Origin: Macrostomum lignano
Taxonomy: Eukaryota
Length of the DNA: 64,000 nt
Reading direction: 5' to 3'
Assembly (NCBI GenBank): GCA_002269645.1
Contig: NIVC01002161.1
Location: 124,001 to 188,000 of the forward strand
Shown piece after piece: positions 27,701 through 40,700 of this stretch. The position numbers were made by a program, and so were the translations under genes. Below the pieces are notes generated by a model that saw only the letters and a program-made list of their open reading frames with translations, did no database searches and was not told the DNA's origin. The stretch's first letter is position 1. Each line of letters begins with the position of its first letter.

Positions 27701-29361
27701 AAGTCTTACAGAGGCATCAGACAGTCTTGCAAAATATCGGGAAGAAATACAACAAAAGTTGACACAGACGATCGTACAAGGTACACACGATTGCAAAACT
27801 GATGGTATCAAGAGAAAGTTTCTGTTAAACTTTCTAGTATGCAAAACGAATGCAATAGAGCATCAATTCAATCAATTTAATAATTTGCACACGATGTGAG
27901 GAGTCTCAGGATAAGAGCGGAGAGTGTACGGGGCTTTTACGTCACTCCAGATTAGCACGATCAGATGGAGCAAACGCTTGCAAAAATCGACCGCGATGTT
28001 GACCCGGCAGCTGCACGGCGTGGATTTGGGGAGAAAACACTGGGCAAACATCCCCTCAAGGCAGCGCACTCCCAACAGTCCTGTCAGTGTCTTTTGGCGG
28101 AAGAAGGACAAGAAAGCCTCCATCATGTGTGCTCTGATCTTTGCCGCGGTCTTTAGCGTCCCCCTGGGTTGAAGCAGAATATCACCTGTAAAGCTGAGTT
28201 GCAGGTAAACCAAAGCTTCATAGTGGGCCGTATCTTGATTACTAATGCATGGTAAAGTGACCCATTATGCTGAATCATTTGATTGTAATTCTACCAGCGG
28301 TCCCGCGAGTTGATTAAAGAGTTTTCATTGATAAGCAGCGGGGGGGGGGACGGATTGCCCGCGGATTGAACCAATATTGGCGGGTGCTTGTGTGCCTTGT
28401 GCCACGAAGTCTGGCCTTCCCACTGACCATTTGCAGGACTTTATATTGGAAGATTAAAGGGCTTACAAAAAGCTTTTATCCTCCCGAAGTTTGGCTAACG
28501 TTGTGTAAAGTCAGTACTAGCGTTTGATGCGTTTTGCTTGCATAAATTTTAATAGTCCAGGAAATCTCGTGGAAAAATCTGCAAAATGCTTCTTATTGTA
28601 AAGTTAATGATTTCTACCAAGAGTGCCCGCTATCAGAAGTCACCCTGGCAACACGTGAACAACGTGAGAGAACTTGTATTGTGAAAACAATCGGAATGAC
28701 AATGTGTGGAGATTAGGCAGGGATCGAGTACGCTATAGATTCCCGACGACTAAGTCTGAATGGCACCAGCTTAACCCTTTCATAACTGGTCATATGGCAA
28801 TCATTCGCCACGAAATGACTATCCACAACAATGTGAACGCAATTACTAGAAAATAATGTTTGGAAGCGGAAGCTACTCACGGTTGAGCATTCAGACAATT
28901 CAGACTGCAAGGACTGTCAAATGAAAACTACAAAATCATGAATTGTAGGTCGAGACTGAAGTTGCACCCCTATGACTTTTTGTCGTCATAAGAGACGCAA
29001 CTCAGTCGACCCGCAGCGAGGAGTCAAGTCATGCTGTCCATTTCGCTGTCTTCTCAGCACCCCACAAGCACAGTGCTACGCACAGCATCCCTGACTTTCC
29101 CATTGTCTGGCATGTCAAAAGCCAGTAAACAACGCGCAGGCGCGAACTTCTCAAAGAGCTCCCCCTGTAGTTACTCGTAAATCATTTTAATGTTTAATGC
29201 CAACAAACAACACGTACACAATCGTGACGGTCTAACCCAAACATTGAGACAATTATTACACCAAGAGATTAAGCGATTGCTAAAGCTGACGATTGTTGTC
29301 TTACACAACACAATTAATTAGTGTCAGTGCGTTTCTCCTTCATTCAAACCTACCATCCTGC

Positions 29362-32031
29362 CTATCCGGGACGAGGCAGCGACTTCATTTCGATCGGCTG
29401 GGTGCCTTCGGCTGGCGGCTCGGCGCCGAGAATCTCGTCGGCATGGCTGACCACAGCGATGGAGGTGGCGACGCCGCGGCTGCTCTGGTAGTTGACGCCG
29501 CCGCCCTTCATGCAGCTGCGGCGGGGGCCGCGGTTGCCCCGGCCAGCCAGGCGGCTGCTGCGCCCGAACTGGCCAGCCTCGGCGGCCAGAACTGCCGCCG
29601 CGATGTCGCCGCTGCCGTTGCCGCCTTCGATGCCTCTGCATCGTTGTCTACGTCGACGCCGTCGGCTGCGCTGCATTCCACAGGCCTGCCCGGCTGTGCG
29701 ACGGAAATTCCGGCTCAGACAGAAGAAGATGAGGAAGTGCACAGCGCTGTCCAGCGACACCAAAATGTCGTTCACGGCGTAGAACCAGTCCACGGAGCTG
29801 GTCAGGGACAGGTTCAGCATGATCAGAACGGCTCCCGGGGTCTCCAACACGTGGAACGAGATGGACAGGCACAGCACGATGGCTGTGGCCACTCGAGAGT
29901 TGCGACGAAGGTTGGTGACGCCGCTGCTGTTGCCCCGGCTGCTGCCGATCAGGCTGCCGCCTCCGCCGTCAGCAGCCGCGCTGCTGCCTCCGACGCCGGT
30001 CGTGCTGCTGCCCCGACTCGCAACAACTGACTCGCTGTTGGCCAGCTGCTCCTTGGCCCCGCAGAATTTGTAGGCCATGATGAAGGAGCAGATGAGAATG
30101 ACTGGCACGGGAATGTAGGACTGGAACACGCGGCTCGTCATGAGCAGGGCCTGCCTGTCCAGCAGCTCCATCAGGCCGGGCGTGTAGAGACCGCCGATGA
30201 GCAGCGAAATGACGAACACGACGCCAAACACCATCAGCTGCATTCGCTTGGTGAAGCAGTGCCGGAAAGCGATGGGGTTCGTGGTCGCGGCGGTCCTGAA
30301 CAGGGTCATGCACATCGTCCACTGGTTGCGGTTGAGCAGGGCGACCAGAACTAGGGCAAACATTACCTGGTTGGGGTTGTGACAGGGTTACAGTTCGGTT
30401 CATTGCCCGGGCACGGATCGAGGCTTGTTAAGGTTAGCCTGCAGGAGTGGAGGAACGCCCATTCAGTTGAGAACGTGTTTTCTAAATTGACTGGTGTGAC
30501 TAAATCTGAGCTGATGAGAGCAGTGTTAGCATCTGTCTGCAGTCTTGTGTTCTTAAAAATTATTAGAGTCGATAACTGGGTTGAAACCGTAGGCCAGCCG
30601 TCCACAACTTGCCAGCATTATACTTTGAAGTATTGTAAATCTACCCGATATTGAGCAGATGTGCAACCGACAGCTTAGCCGCAGCTATTGCGCAGCGCAT
30701 CTGAAGGCTGCGTACGGCTGTTCAGTCCATGGATTAAGGGGGGGAGGTCGTCACACACACCCTCAATTACTCCAGCTAATGCAGACACCCATTTTACAGC
30801 TGGGTGAGCTGAAGCAATGCAGAGTTGAGTGTCTTTCTCCAGGACACAATTGTCTAATGCGATCGAAAGTCGAACCCCCGACCTTTCAGTTTTGAGTCCG
30901 ATGCTCACGACTGAATGTCTACTGCGATGTCTACCGGAATGAAATGTCCTAGTTGCGCCTCGCCCATCTCCGTGACTCATGGAAGCTCGTTTCTCAGAAA
31001 ACAGAACGCCTCCAGATTTCCAAACATTTGTAACATTTCCGTGCGTCAGGGGCCAAGGGGGCGTCGGGCGCGGGAAGAGCCGGGACCCACAGAATCCAAG
31101 GTTCAGGAAACACGTATTTTGCGGAACCCGACTCTCGAAAAGTGGAGTAGCTCGTACAAGAAATGGGAGGTGCCTGGAGCTTCATGTGAGCTGCGGAGTT
31201 GTTGTGCAAAAAAGCCCGGGCAGCACAAACTGGAGGGAATGCAAAAATATGTTTTTTTAATAAATCAGGTGATTTTTCTTCCGCATTGTAACAAAGTATC
31301 TTTAGAACTTTCTAGTTTGCTTAAATTTTCAAATTCGTCGCAACTGTTAGAGCAGGGATGCCAAGCAAAGAAAAGGAACATTGAAATCGATAGCTATAAG
31401 CCTTTCTTCATGCTGTCATGACAATCTGCTTCAAGTGAAAGCTGTTAACTTATTGGAGATCTAAAGTAAACCTCAGACTTTAAGCGCTTGTCGCAATCAA
31501 GGCAAGGTAAGCAGTCACCACTGACCCCTTTTGAGCATTGTACGATCAGATACTCCCGCAGGGTGGCATGGCGGCCATGACTTTCTAATCGTCAGTCATG
31601 TACACACTGAGCCTTAGGGTTTGCCCCTTCTCTGTAAATCGCTACTGATTCGCCCTACATTGCTTAGCTACCTCAGCATAAGAGCTACGATTCAATTGTT
31701 GAACTACCAGCAAGCTGCCCCTCACCTCGTAGATGGTCTTGAACGGCTCCTTGTTGTAGGTGCCCTGCAGCTGGACAGTCAGGTCCAGGCAGAACGTGGC
31801 CGAGCACAATAGGCAGTAGGCCACCTGGCAGGCCTCCAGAATGATGAGGCCGACATCGAAGACGTCCCGCCTGGCCAGGTACTTCCTGAGCAGCACGGAC
31901 AGGGAGAAGCTGCTCATGCCCAGGCCCAGCAAGGACACGAAGATCGAAGCGCTCCGGGCGTAGAAGAAGCCGGCGCTCAGATTATCAACAGCGGCGGCCT
32001 GGGTGGTGGCGGCTAGCGTCTCAGTTTCCAT
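29362..32031 (-). CDS. Orphan rhodopsin-class GPCR, peptide-receptor-like (454 aa, 2 exons)
   Basis: Exon 31672-32031 (GAG|GTAGCT) joins exon 29362-30366 (CAG|GTA ATG) in phase 0. Seven hydrophobic segments; TM6 IVLCLSISFHVLETP; TM7/H8 DSAVHFLIFFCLSRNFR. Confidence 0.85.
30650..30925 (-). mobile_element. tRNA-derived CORE-like SINE (family B) in the GPCR intron
   Basis: The minus strand reads TCAGTCGTGAGCATCGGACTCAAAACTGAAAGGTCGGGGGTTCGA (tRNA-Lys-like, with B box), then TTGTGTCCTGGAGAAAGACACTCAACTC...CAGCTGTAAAATGGG, resembling the MIR/CORE domain as recalled. The 3' boundary is uncertain. Confidence 0.6.
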
Positions 32032-32697
32032 GGCGATGCAGGGCTCAGGCGAGAAACGGGAGCGAAGCGAATGGCGGAACTCCCGGCCCTCCTATATATT
32101 CGGAAATTTTTTAACGGGCTGGGACAGCCCCTTCTCTGTTCTTCGCTCCGGTGCCTGTTAAGCTCGAGACAACACCTTGCGTTGAACTGCTGTCTGCCTG
32201 CCTCTCACTCTGTCTCTCTCTCTCGTCCGCTCTTTCTCTGCGTTGTCGCCCCAAGCCTCCCGCGGAGAGTCGAGCCTTCTTGGAAAGCTGGGAGCGCGAC
32301 AGGAAAAAGGTAGGTAGCCACGGGCGCTGCTGTGCCTCCTAATTGGTCTCTCGGAGCGGCTTGTATGAGCATTGTTGCTAAGGGTAAAGCCAAGAAAACA
32401 GGAGAGCAATGACTTGCGATCGGTAGCAGGCTATGGGAGATTCTCGGGCGCTGATTGGCTGGGATGGCGTATTAGGTAACTGGGCAGAGAGTATTAATGT
32501 GCTTGTTATGCACCCGTTGAACGCAGCTCAAAACTTAAGCAGGATGAGTTAACAGTGTATGATATCAGTCGCGAGAATTGGGTCTCAAAAGCTACCTGGA
32601 TCTCAAAAAGCCACCATGAATGAACTCAAACTCATGTAGTCACCTTAAGTCTCAAGGCTAATGAAACTCAAAAAGACTTGGAGCTAAAAAAGAGAAT

Positions 32698-32955
32698 TGG
32701 AACTCACAGAGCTACATGGAACTCACAGAGCTACATGGGGAACTCACAGAGCTACATGGAACTCACAGAGCTACATGGAACTCACAGAGCTACATGGAAC
32801 TCACAGAGCTACATGGAACTCACAGAGCTACATGGGGAACTCACAGAGCTACATGGAACTCACAGAGCTACATGGAACTCACAGAGCTACATGGAACTCA
32901 CAGAGCTACATGGAACTCACAGAGCTACATAGGGAACTCACAGAGCTACCTGGAA
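32698..32955. repeat. 19-bp minisatellite (GAACTCACAGAGCTACATG)
   Basis: Direct tandem units with occasional 21-bp variants. Confidence 0.92.
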
Positions 32956-33639
32956 CCCAAAAGAAACTGCATGAAGCTTAAAGCTTTCATTAAACTAGGT
33001 AATTAAAAATTGAAATTCTGAAGCTCTTAAGGTTTTATCTGAAAAAACCAAGAATAATCTCGAGCTGAAATAATCCGAACCCATTAATAAAAAGTTGGTT
33101 GTTTCCACACTTTTTAAAAAGTAGAACACAGAGTCCCCTGACATCACGGATGCGCGGCGTCCCATTTCCTAGAGAATTACTAGTTAATTTTTTTTCAAAG
33201 TAGACCAGTTACTCTCTTAGCTGGCTACACTGCTCACCAAGTAAGGAAAAGTCAATATCCTCCTTAATCCGCATATTGGGTCTGACAGGGAATCCCATTT
33301 TTATGGTGACCAAGCATTGCTCAGATTTCTTAAAGTGCAAACTGCTCTATCAATTATTATAACTTACAATTGGTAAGAAAGATTAAAACAAAAATTCCCT
33401 GAATAATTCAAACATTTATGAAGTTAAATAGATCGAAATTCGATTAGCTGATGATGATTTTATTTTAGACTGAAAAAAGCCTGTACCGGGCCATTAGACA
33501 GACAGCAAGAACGAAAGCTTAGTTTGAAATGTATAAATATAAGAAAAAAATTTTCGGATAAACATTTGGATTAAAAATTGTGACACATTGCGCAAAATTA
33601 ATTTTTATGACAGATTTTGAGACAGCAGTGACTTGAACT

Positions 33640-34560
33640 CATTACAGACACTGGTTGTGGGGGACCTGACTGTCATTACAGACACTGGTTGTGGGGGACC
33701 TGACTGTCATTACAGACACTGGTTGTGGGGGACCTGACTGTCATTACAGACACTGGTTGTGGGGGACCTGACTGTCATTACAGACACTGGTTGTGGGGGA
33801 CCTGACTGTCATTACAGACACTGGTTGTGGGGGACCTGACTGTCATTACAGACACTGGTTGTGGGGGACCTGACTGTCATTACAGACACTGGTTGTGTGG
33901 GACCTGACTGTCATTACAGACACTGGTTGTGGGGGACCTGACTGTCATTACAGACACTGGTTGTGGGGGACCTGACTGTCATTACAGACACTGGTTGTGT
34001 GGGACCTGACTGTCATTACAGACACTGAGACACTGGTTGTGGGGACCTGACTGTCATTACAGACACTGGTTGTGTGGGACCTGACTGTCATTACAGACAC
34101 TGGTTGTGGCGGACCTGACTGTCATTACAGACACTGGTTGTGGGGGACCTGACTGTCATTACAGACACTGGTTGTGGGGGACCTGACTGTCATTACAGAC
34201 ACTGGTTGTGGGGGACCTGACTGTCATTACAGACACTGGTTGTGGGGGACCTGACTGTCATTACAGACACTGGTTGTGTGGGACCTGACTGTCATTACAG
34301 ACACTGAGACACTGGTTGTGGGGGACCTGACTGTCATTACAGACACTGGTTGTGTGGGACCTGACTGTCATTACAGACACTGGTTGTGGGGGACCTGACT
34401 GTCATTACAGACACTGGTTGTGGGGGACCTGACTGTCATTACAGACACTGGTTGTGGGGGACCTGACTGTCATTACAGACACTGAGACACTGGTTGTGGG
34501 GGACCTGACTGTCATTACAGACACTTGGTTGCAAGATCTGACTCTGCTGTCATTACAGAC
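33640..34560. repeat. 34-bp minisatellite (GACACTGGTTGTGGGGGACCTGACTGTCATTACA)
   Basis: Homogeneous tandem array downstream of the RNF213-like stop codon. Confidence 0.95.
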
Positions 34561-34796
34561 ACTTGGTTGCAGTATAAAATTTATAATAGAATTTGTTATA
34601 ATTTGTTGATCGTTAGCAATGTAGATTTTCTATTGTTAAAAATGTTTTTAATTTTTATGGCGAATATAATTTTCATTGTTAATTTTTTTTTGCAAATCGA
34701 CGCACGAATGACAAAGAAAAAAGTTAATAGCTCCGGCAGGTGGAGGAAACGGCCAACGAGTTTAAGCAAACTTAGTAGTGAAATTTGACAAAGCCG

Positions 34797-37700
34797 TCAC
34801 TCTGACAACCTGCTGCTGTCGGCCTTCAACATTCGCTGCAGCTTCTCTGCTGAATCAATCTTTTCTTCATCCTGAAAGTTTAGATGAAGATAAAAGATGG
34901 GATGAGTGATGAGATGAGTGGGTCAAGCGCAGGCTCTGATGTGCCAGCGGCCCAGGCTCGATTCCAAGTGCAGTCACATTGATCTGAGGCTAAATCTCGG
35001 CTTGGCTCTGCTCGTGCAATGCAACATGAAGTGTACATAAAGTTAGGGCCGCTGTAAACTCCTGTGTGAGTGTGAGCCTGCGCGCATGACTGTGTTTCTC
35101 CGACCCTCGGGGCCTCCGAAACTTCACAACAGCAACTCGGCCAGCGCAAGGTTTGTGTCTCTTCTTAGCTCTCTTCTCTCTCCTTTCATATCTAATCTGA
35201 TCTATCCTCTTATCTTCTCTCTCGCCTCTCACCTCTTCTCTCATCGTCATAAACACAAACAGCCTGGATTAAACATTCGCACTAAGATCAACTCACCAGC
35301 TGAAGGAGCCGCTCGCACAGGGGAAACAGGTACATAACGGTGGCTTCATCGGGCACAGACTCAAGCAGCTGGGCCCGGACAGTCAGGCCAGTCTCTGGCC
35401 AGACTCCCGAAGGCTGCATCAGTTCGCGCAGCCTCAGACCGGTATCGTGCTGCTCCTCCAGCAGGTGCAACACGCAGGCGCTCTGGCAGGCAGCCAGCGC
35501 AGGTCTCAGAGCCTGCGGAGCTCCGAATTGGTGCACCAGGCCGTCCAGCACGTCAGCATTGATGGCGGTTCTGTAGGGCCTCCTGGCGAGCTCGTGCCTG
35601 ACCTGCTGGAACTGCAGACATAGGGCCTGCTGAGTCAGGCTGAGCAGCTTGGCAACAGTGAGACTGCCCGCGTCCGGCTCCGGCAGAGCCTCAGGCAGTT
35701 GCCATGACAACGACGCAGAGGAGCTCATCAACGGGCTGCCACTCTGACAGTCGTTGGAGAACTCACGAATGGATCGTTGAAGGACAGCTTCTGGCCAATT
35801 CTGATCGCTCAGGTAGCGAAGGATGCTGATTAAGCAGTCTGTCAGCTTCCTGCATTGATGGCGGTTGGTTGGGGAAGCTGGCTTGAAGCTTCATCATTTA
35901 AGAGGATTCAAATTTTTGGTCTGTCTGAGACAGTTATATAGGTCACTTGGAGTGGTTGTGGGGGTTCGAGGTTAGGTCTCTGGTTATTTAAGTGGGTCAA
36001 AGTAGGTCTTTTAGGAGCTTATATGCCTTCTAGGGCCCGTAATTGGGTTTCAAAAGGGCCATTTTTAGGTTTCTTAGCATTGGTCCACGACACTTTAAAA
36101 TCCTATTTTAAGAGGCAGGGGTTTTGTGCACCCTGGCGCACTTTAAGTGACATTGTCACACAACCGGCGAGAGGCATTACTGCCCATTCCACCGACTCCC
36201 CTGAGCAGGCACACAAGCGCGCGGATACGTACGCAGTCATACGCACAGGCAGCGGCCCTAACTTTATTTATCCCTAGGCATGTACACTTCACTGTGCCTT
36301 GTGGGTTGCAGAGCCAAGCCGAGATTCCAGTTTAGCCTCAAATGAATGCGACTGCACTTGGAATCGAGCCTGGGCCGCTGGAACAGGTGACTACGGCAGG
36401 ATCACTACGGCATCAGGGATGTGAATTGTCAGATTCAAAAAACTCAGGATTCGCACCTGGCATAGGTGTGATCCTGCTCGTGCAGCTCTTTCAGCCTGGC
36501 CACTTCAGCTGTGCTCAGCACTTCGATGCCCTCGCCAGCCCGATGTCTGAATCGGGTCATGAGCTCCACCGGCTGTCGCTGCTGGTGGTCGCTGAACCGC
36601 GGCCTCCAGCTGGCTGGCGGCAGGGCCCAGCTGCGACCGACTGTGAGCAGGTGACCCAGGGCCGCGTCCAGCAGAGCCCAGTCCAGGTGTTCGCTGGCCT
36701 CAGACAGCCGCGGATCGCTCGGACCGGAGAACTGAGCAGCCAGCCGGTCCAGCTCGGCCTGCTCGAGGCTGACCAAGCCGCATCTGGCAGCGGTGACCGA
36801 CCGGGCAGGCAGGGTGACTGAGCACTGGCCGGTGAGCAGGTGGCCGAGTCCGCCGCCCTGCAGAGCCACAGCAGAGGCAGCCAGTAGGAAGCTGTTCGCC
36901 AGTGGGCAGAGTTGAGTAGCCAAGTCAGCTAGTTTTGAGCCCTCGGTGAGCACAGTCTCACGCAGGTGGCTGTCAGCTGATGCGCAGTCAGGCATTCCGA
37001 GTTGGCGCAGACCAGCTTGAGCAGCTGGCCACAGCGCAGCCGCTGCTTCATCTTGCTCAATCACCTCGGCAACGGTGAGCCGCTCCCAGCCGGCTCTGCT
37101 CACCTGGCCGTCAAGCACTGACACGCACCTCCTGTGCCAATCCAGCACTTTGCTGAGGTGCGCCATTTTAATCAGCGCGTCTTGATGCGCCAGCACCGCT
37201 AGTGTGAGATCCAGCCTGCCGGCCGCTGAGGAACTGGTTGCCGGGCTCAGCTGGCGGCCCAGCCACAGGGTGCGGACGTGACAGGCGGTCGACCAGTCCA
37301 CTTCAACAGCAGGCCGCAGCAGTTTCTCCGGCACCGACGGCTGCTCAGGCGGCAGGGCGGCGTCGAGTTGAGCGGCCAGAACGCGAGGATCGCCGGCCTG
37401 AGCAGCCGTCAAGCCTCGCTCAGCCAGCCGATCGGCTTTGAACTTGGCGACGCGCGCTCGACGACAGAGCAGCAGCAGAGCGGCCGAGTGGAGCAGCGAG
37501 CCAACAAACTGGGGGCACGGCTGCGAGGCGAACTGGTGCGCCAAGTCGCCAACCAGCTGCTGGCAGATCCAAGCCGGATCGTCCCAGTCCATGGCCAGCG
37601 CTGCGCGCATCTCCGAGAAGGCCTTGCCAATGAACTCGGAGACTCGGCCGGGGTGTCCGAGCTCGGCGCACAGGTCGACGGCGGCCGAGACGCTTCCGGA

Positions 37701-40700
37701 GCTCAGGCAGAGCAGCACGGATGAGGCGCTCGCGGCCCAGCGGAGTAGCGAAGTCGGCAGTCGCGGGCAGTCGGTCGCCAAATCCGACGGCATCATGACG
37801 GCTTCAAGCGGACCGGAAGAGCCGCAGAGCGGGCAGCGGCTGCTGGAGGAAAAGAACGAGGAGGCATTCTTGACGGCGACAACCGTGACGGCCAGACAGC
37901 GGGCGCAGCGGAGCGGATGAACTCCCGAAGTCAGCGGCAGCCTGGCGTCCAGCAGCAGCTTTAACTGTTTAGCAAATTCTCCGACTTTGCCGCCAGCGGC
38001 CAAGGTGGCGGCGCTGCCGAAGCGTCTTTGGCAGCCCAGCAGTTGAGCTGCTCCAGCCGACACCGCGGCAACCATGGAGCGGCCGAGCCAGTCGGCTCCG
38101 TTGTCCGGTGTCGCCTCTAGCCTGGGCTCATCTTCAACCAGGCGACTTCCCAGCAGCAGCCAGTCCAGCATGATGCGATCGGACTCCACGGAGGCTGCTG
38201 GGTTCGATTCTTCATCAATCAACAAGTCAACAAGCCGACTGTGCAGCAGACTGCCAACTCGCTGCTCTTCTGACGCAACCGGCTGTCGGTCCAGTTTTCT
38301 CAAGAACACCAGCTCAATCCAGGCGGCAATTATGGCATTGACGGACGAGCTCGAACAGTTGAGCAGTCGTTTCAAAGCTTCGGGACTGTCAGGAGCTTGA
38401 AGGAGGTCGTTCAAAGCCGAGCACACGGCGGCGTGGACTGTCTCTGAGGAGTCGGCTGAGTCAGGCAGCGGCAGGAAAGGCAGCGGCTGCCAGGAGCTGT
38501 CGGTGGCCTTCAGCGGCAGGCCGGCAGAGGTCAGGCACCTCAGGACGTCCATCAGCGGTGCCAGCCGTAGGCCGGCCTGAGCGAAGGCGACAACCAAAGG
38601 ATGGCCCGGTCGGAAACCGCTGCCTAGGTCGCTTCGTAGCTGATCAGCCAGCCTCTGTCCTTCATCGTTGAGTTCGAGTCGATTCTCGGTGAGAACGTAT
38701 GACCGAGAGGCGGTCAGTTTGAAGCGGTGCAGACGGAGCAGGTCTGTCAGGCTCGGAGTCTGCGCGCAGGCGATGCTGTTCAGCGCTGCTAGCGGTGGCA
38801 GGCCAGCCAGCAGGGTCTCGGGAATGTGCGCGGCCACCAGCTGGGCCAGGTCCCGACCAGCCGGCATTCGCAGATGCTCGTCAACCCAGGCGGTGACGGC
38901 CGAGCAGGACGCGTCTTCGTCGGCTGCATTGTCGCCGCGACCGTTGTTGCTCTGGACGGCTCGCCATAGCAACGAGAAGCAGCCGATTGGCAGCTGCTTT
39001 TCGGTCAGTTTCAACAGGAAAGCTTTCGCCAGCCCGGTTGTCAGTGCGCCACGTTCGATAGCCTGCTGCAGGTAGAGGCTCCACAGAGACTGCAGCTGCT
39101 GTTCCAGCTGGTCTTCGGGCACCGGGAGACCCTGCAGATCAGGCAGAGACTCCAGTAGAAGCTGCTCAATTCTGGCTACTCCGGACTCGCTGAACAAAGA
39201 GTCGGTGTTGCCCGTGTGCTCTGATAGAAAGCTCTGGACCCGGTGCAGACAGACAGCCGGCAAGCTGCAGGGGAGAGCCACCGTGGCAGCGAACAGGCGG
39301 CACATGCTGAGCTGCTCTGTGATTGGCTGAGGGCGGCAGGGGGTGGGAGAAGACAAGCTATATAAGCCCTAGTTTTGTTTTGCGAGCCATCAATCGCAGG
39401 CCACAACTGGTCAGATGGGTAAGATCGGGTCAGAATACTGGGTCTCAGATCTTTAGAATTGAATTTTTACATTCAGATTCACACAGATCTCCGGTGTCTA
39501 GGGTTAAGACAATATCCAGGGTCGAGATCGATATGCAGGGTCGAGATCGATATCCAGGGTCGAGATCGATATCCAGGGTCGGGATCGATATCCAGGGTCG
39601 GGATCGATATCTAGGGTCAGGATCTATATCTAGGGTCGGGATCGATATCCACGGTCGGAATCGATATCTAGGGTCGGGATCTATATCTAGGGTCGGGATC
39701 GATATCTAGGGTCGGGATCGATATCTAGGGTCGGGATCGATATCTAGGGTCAGGATCTATATCTAGGGTCGGGATCGATATCTAGGGTCAGGATCTATAT
39801 CTAGGGTCGGGATCGATATCTAGGGTCGGGATCGATATCTAGGGTCGAGACTGACAGCACCAAAGCTTAAAACACTTTTACCCCATGGCACATACATGTA
39901 GTGTGGGCTCCCCACCATCTAACACCCGGAGCACAAGATCCAGTCCACTCACCAGCTGGGCGCACTCCGAGTCCGCAAGCACAAGCAGAGCCCTGGCGGC
40001 CAGACGGTCCCAGTCGGACAGCGAGTCGGCCAGGCCGAGTTTCTGCAGGTTCTCGCTGCTCGGCAGCAGGCAGCCGGTCAGCCGTTCCGCCAGCTCGCCA
40101 CGCTCGGTCGGCTCGTCCTCATCGTCGCGGTCGAGCAGGTCTGCTGGGCAAAGTTTCGGCGAGACCGACGTCAGAATCGCCCAGAGACGCAGGGCGGTTG
40201 CCATGGGAGCAGCCAGGGCGATTGCCGACACCACGGGAGCCCAGCGGGTGCCGGCATCGGCGACTGCGGCAAGCGGCGTCATTGCCGTCAAGATGCTGTT
40301 GAACTGCTGCGACAGGTCGGTGCCGCAGGCGGACTCCGTTGCCATGGCGATGAGATCTCTAGCCAGCAAGTCGGCAGCTTTAGACTCCGGCGGCTGGTCT
40401 TCGTCGGCCAGTCCGAGCACCAACAGCCACGGCTTCAGCGCCGCCAAGGCCGCCTCAGCCGCGGCCTCCTGCGGCTCTTCGGCATCTTGGTCATCGTCGC
40501 CAGCGACAGCCGCAGCTCCGGCAGGGCTGGCAGCTGCTGAAGCCGCGGCCTTCAGATCAGCGAACACGAAGCCGGACAGCGGGAACCGAAGCGGACCGCC
40601 GCTGCCGCCGCCGCCGATGTCGCCGAGGTCGACGCGGAGCCGCCGCGACTGCACCAGGTGGCCGAGGCCGCGCACCAGGCAGTCCAGCGTGCGCGGTTCC

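Noticed and set aside
28950-29012. SECIS element
   Set aside because: ATGA and AAA are present on the minus strand, but there is no GA kink partner and no in-frame TGA in the GPCR.
29293-30030. 245-aa + strand ORF
   Set aside because: Antisense shadow of GPCR exon 2.
33640-34560. CRISPR-like appearance of 25-34-bp repeats here and elsewhere
   Set aside because: Units are head-to-tail with no unique spacers, there are no cas genes, and the context is eukaryotic.
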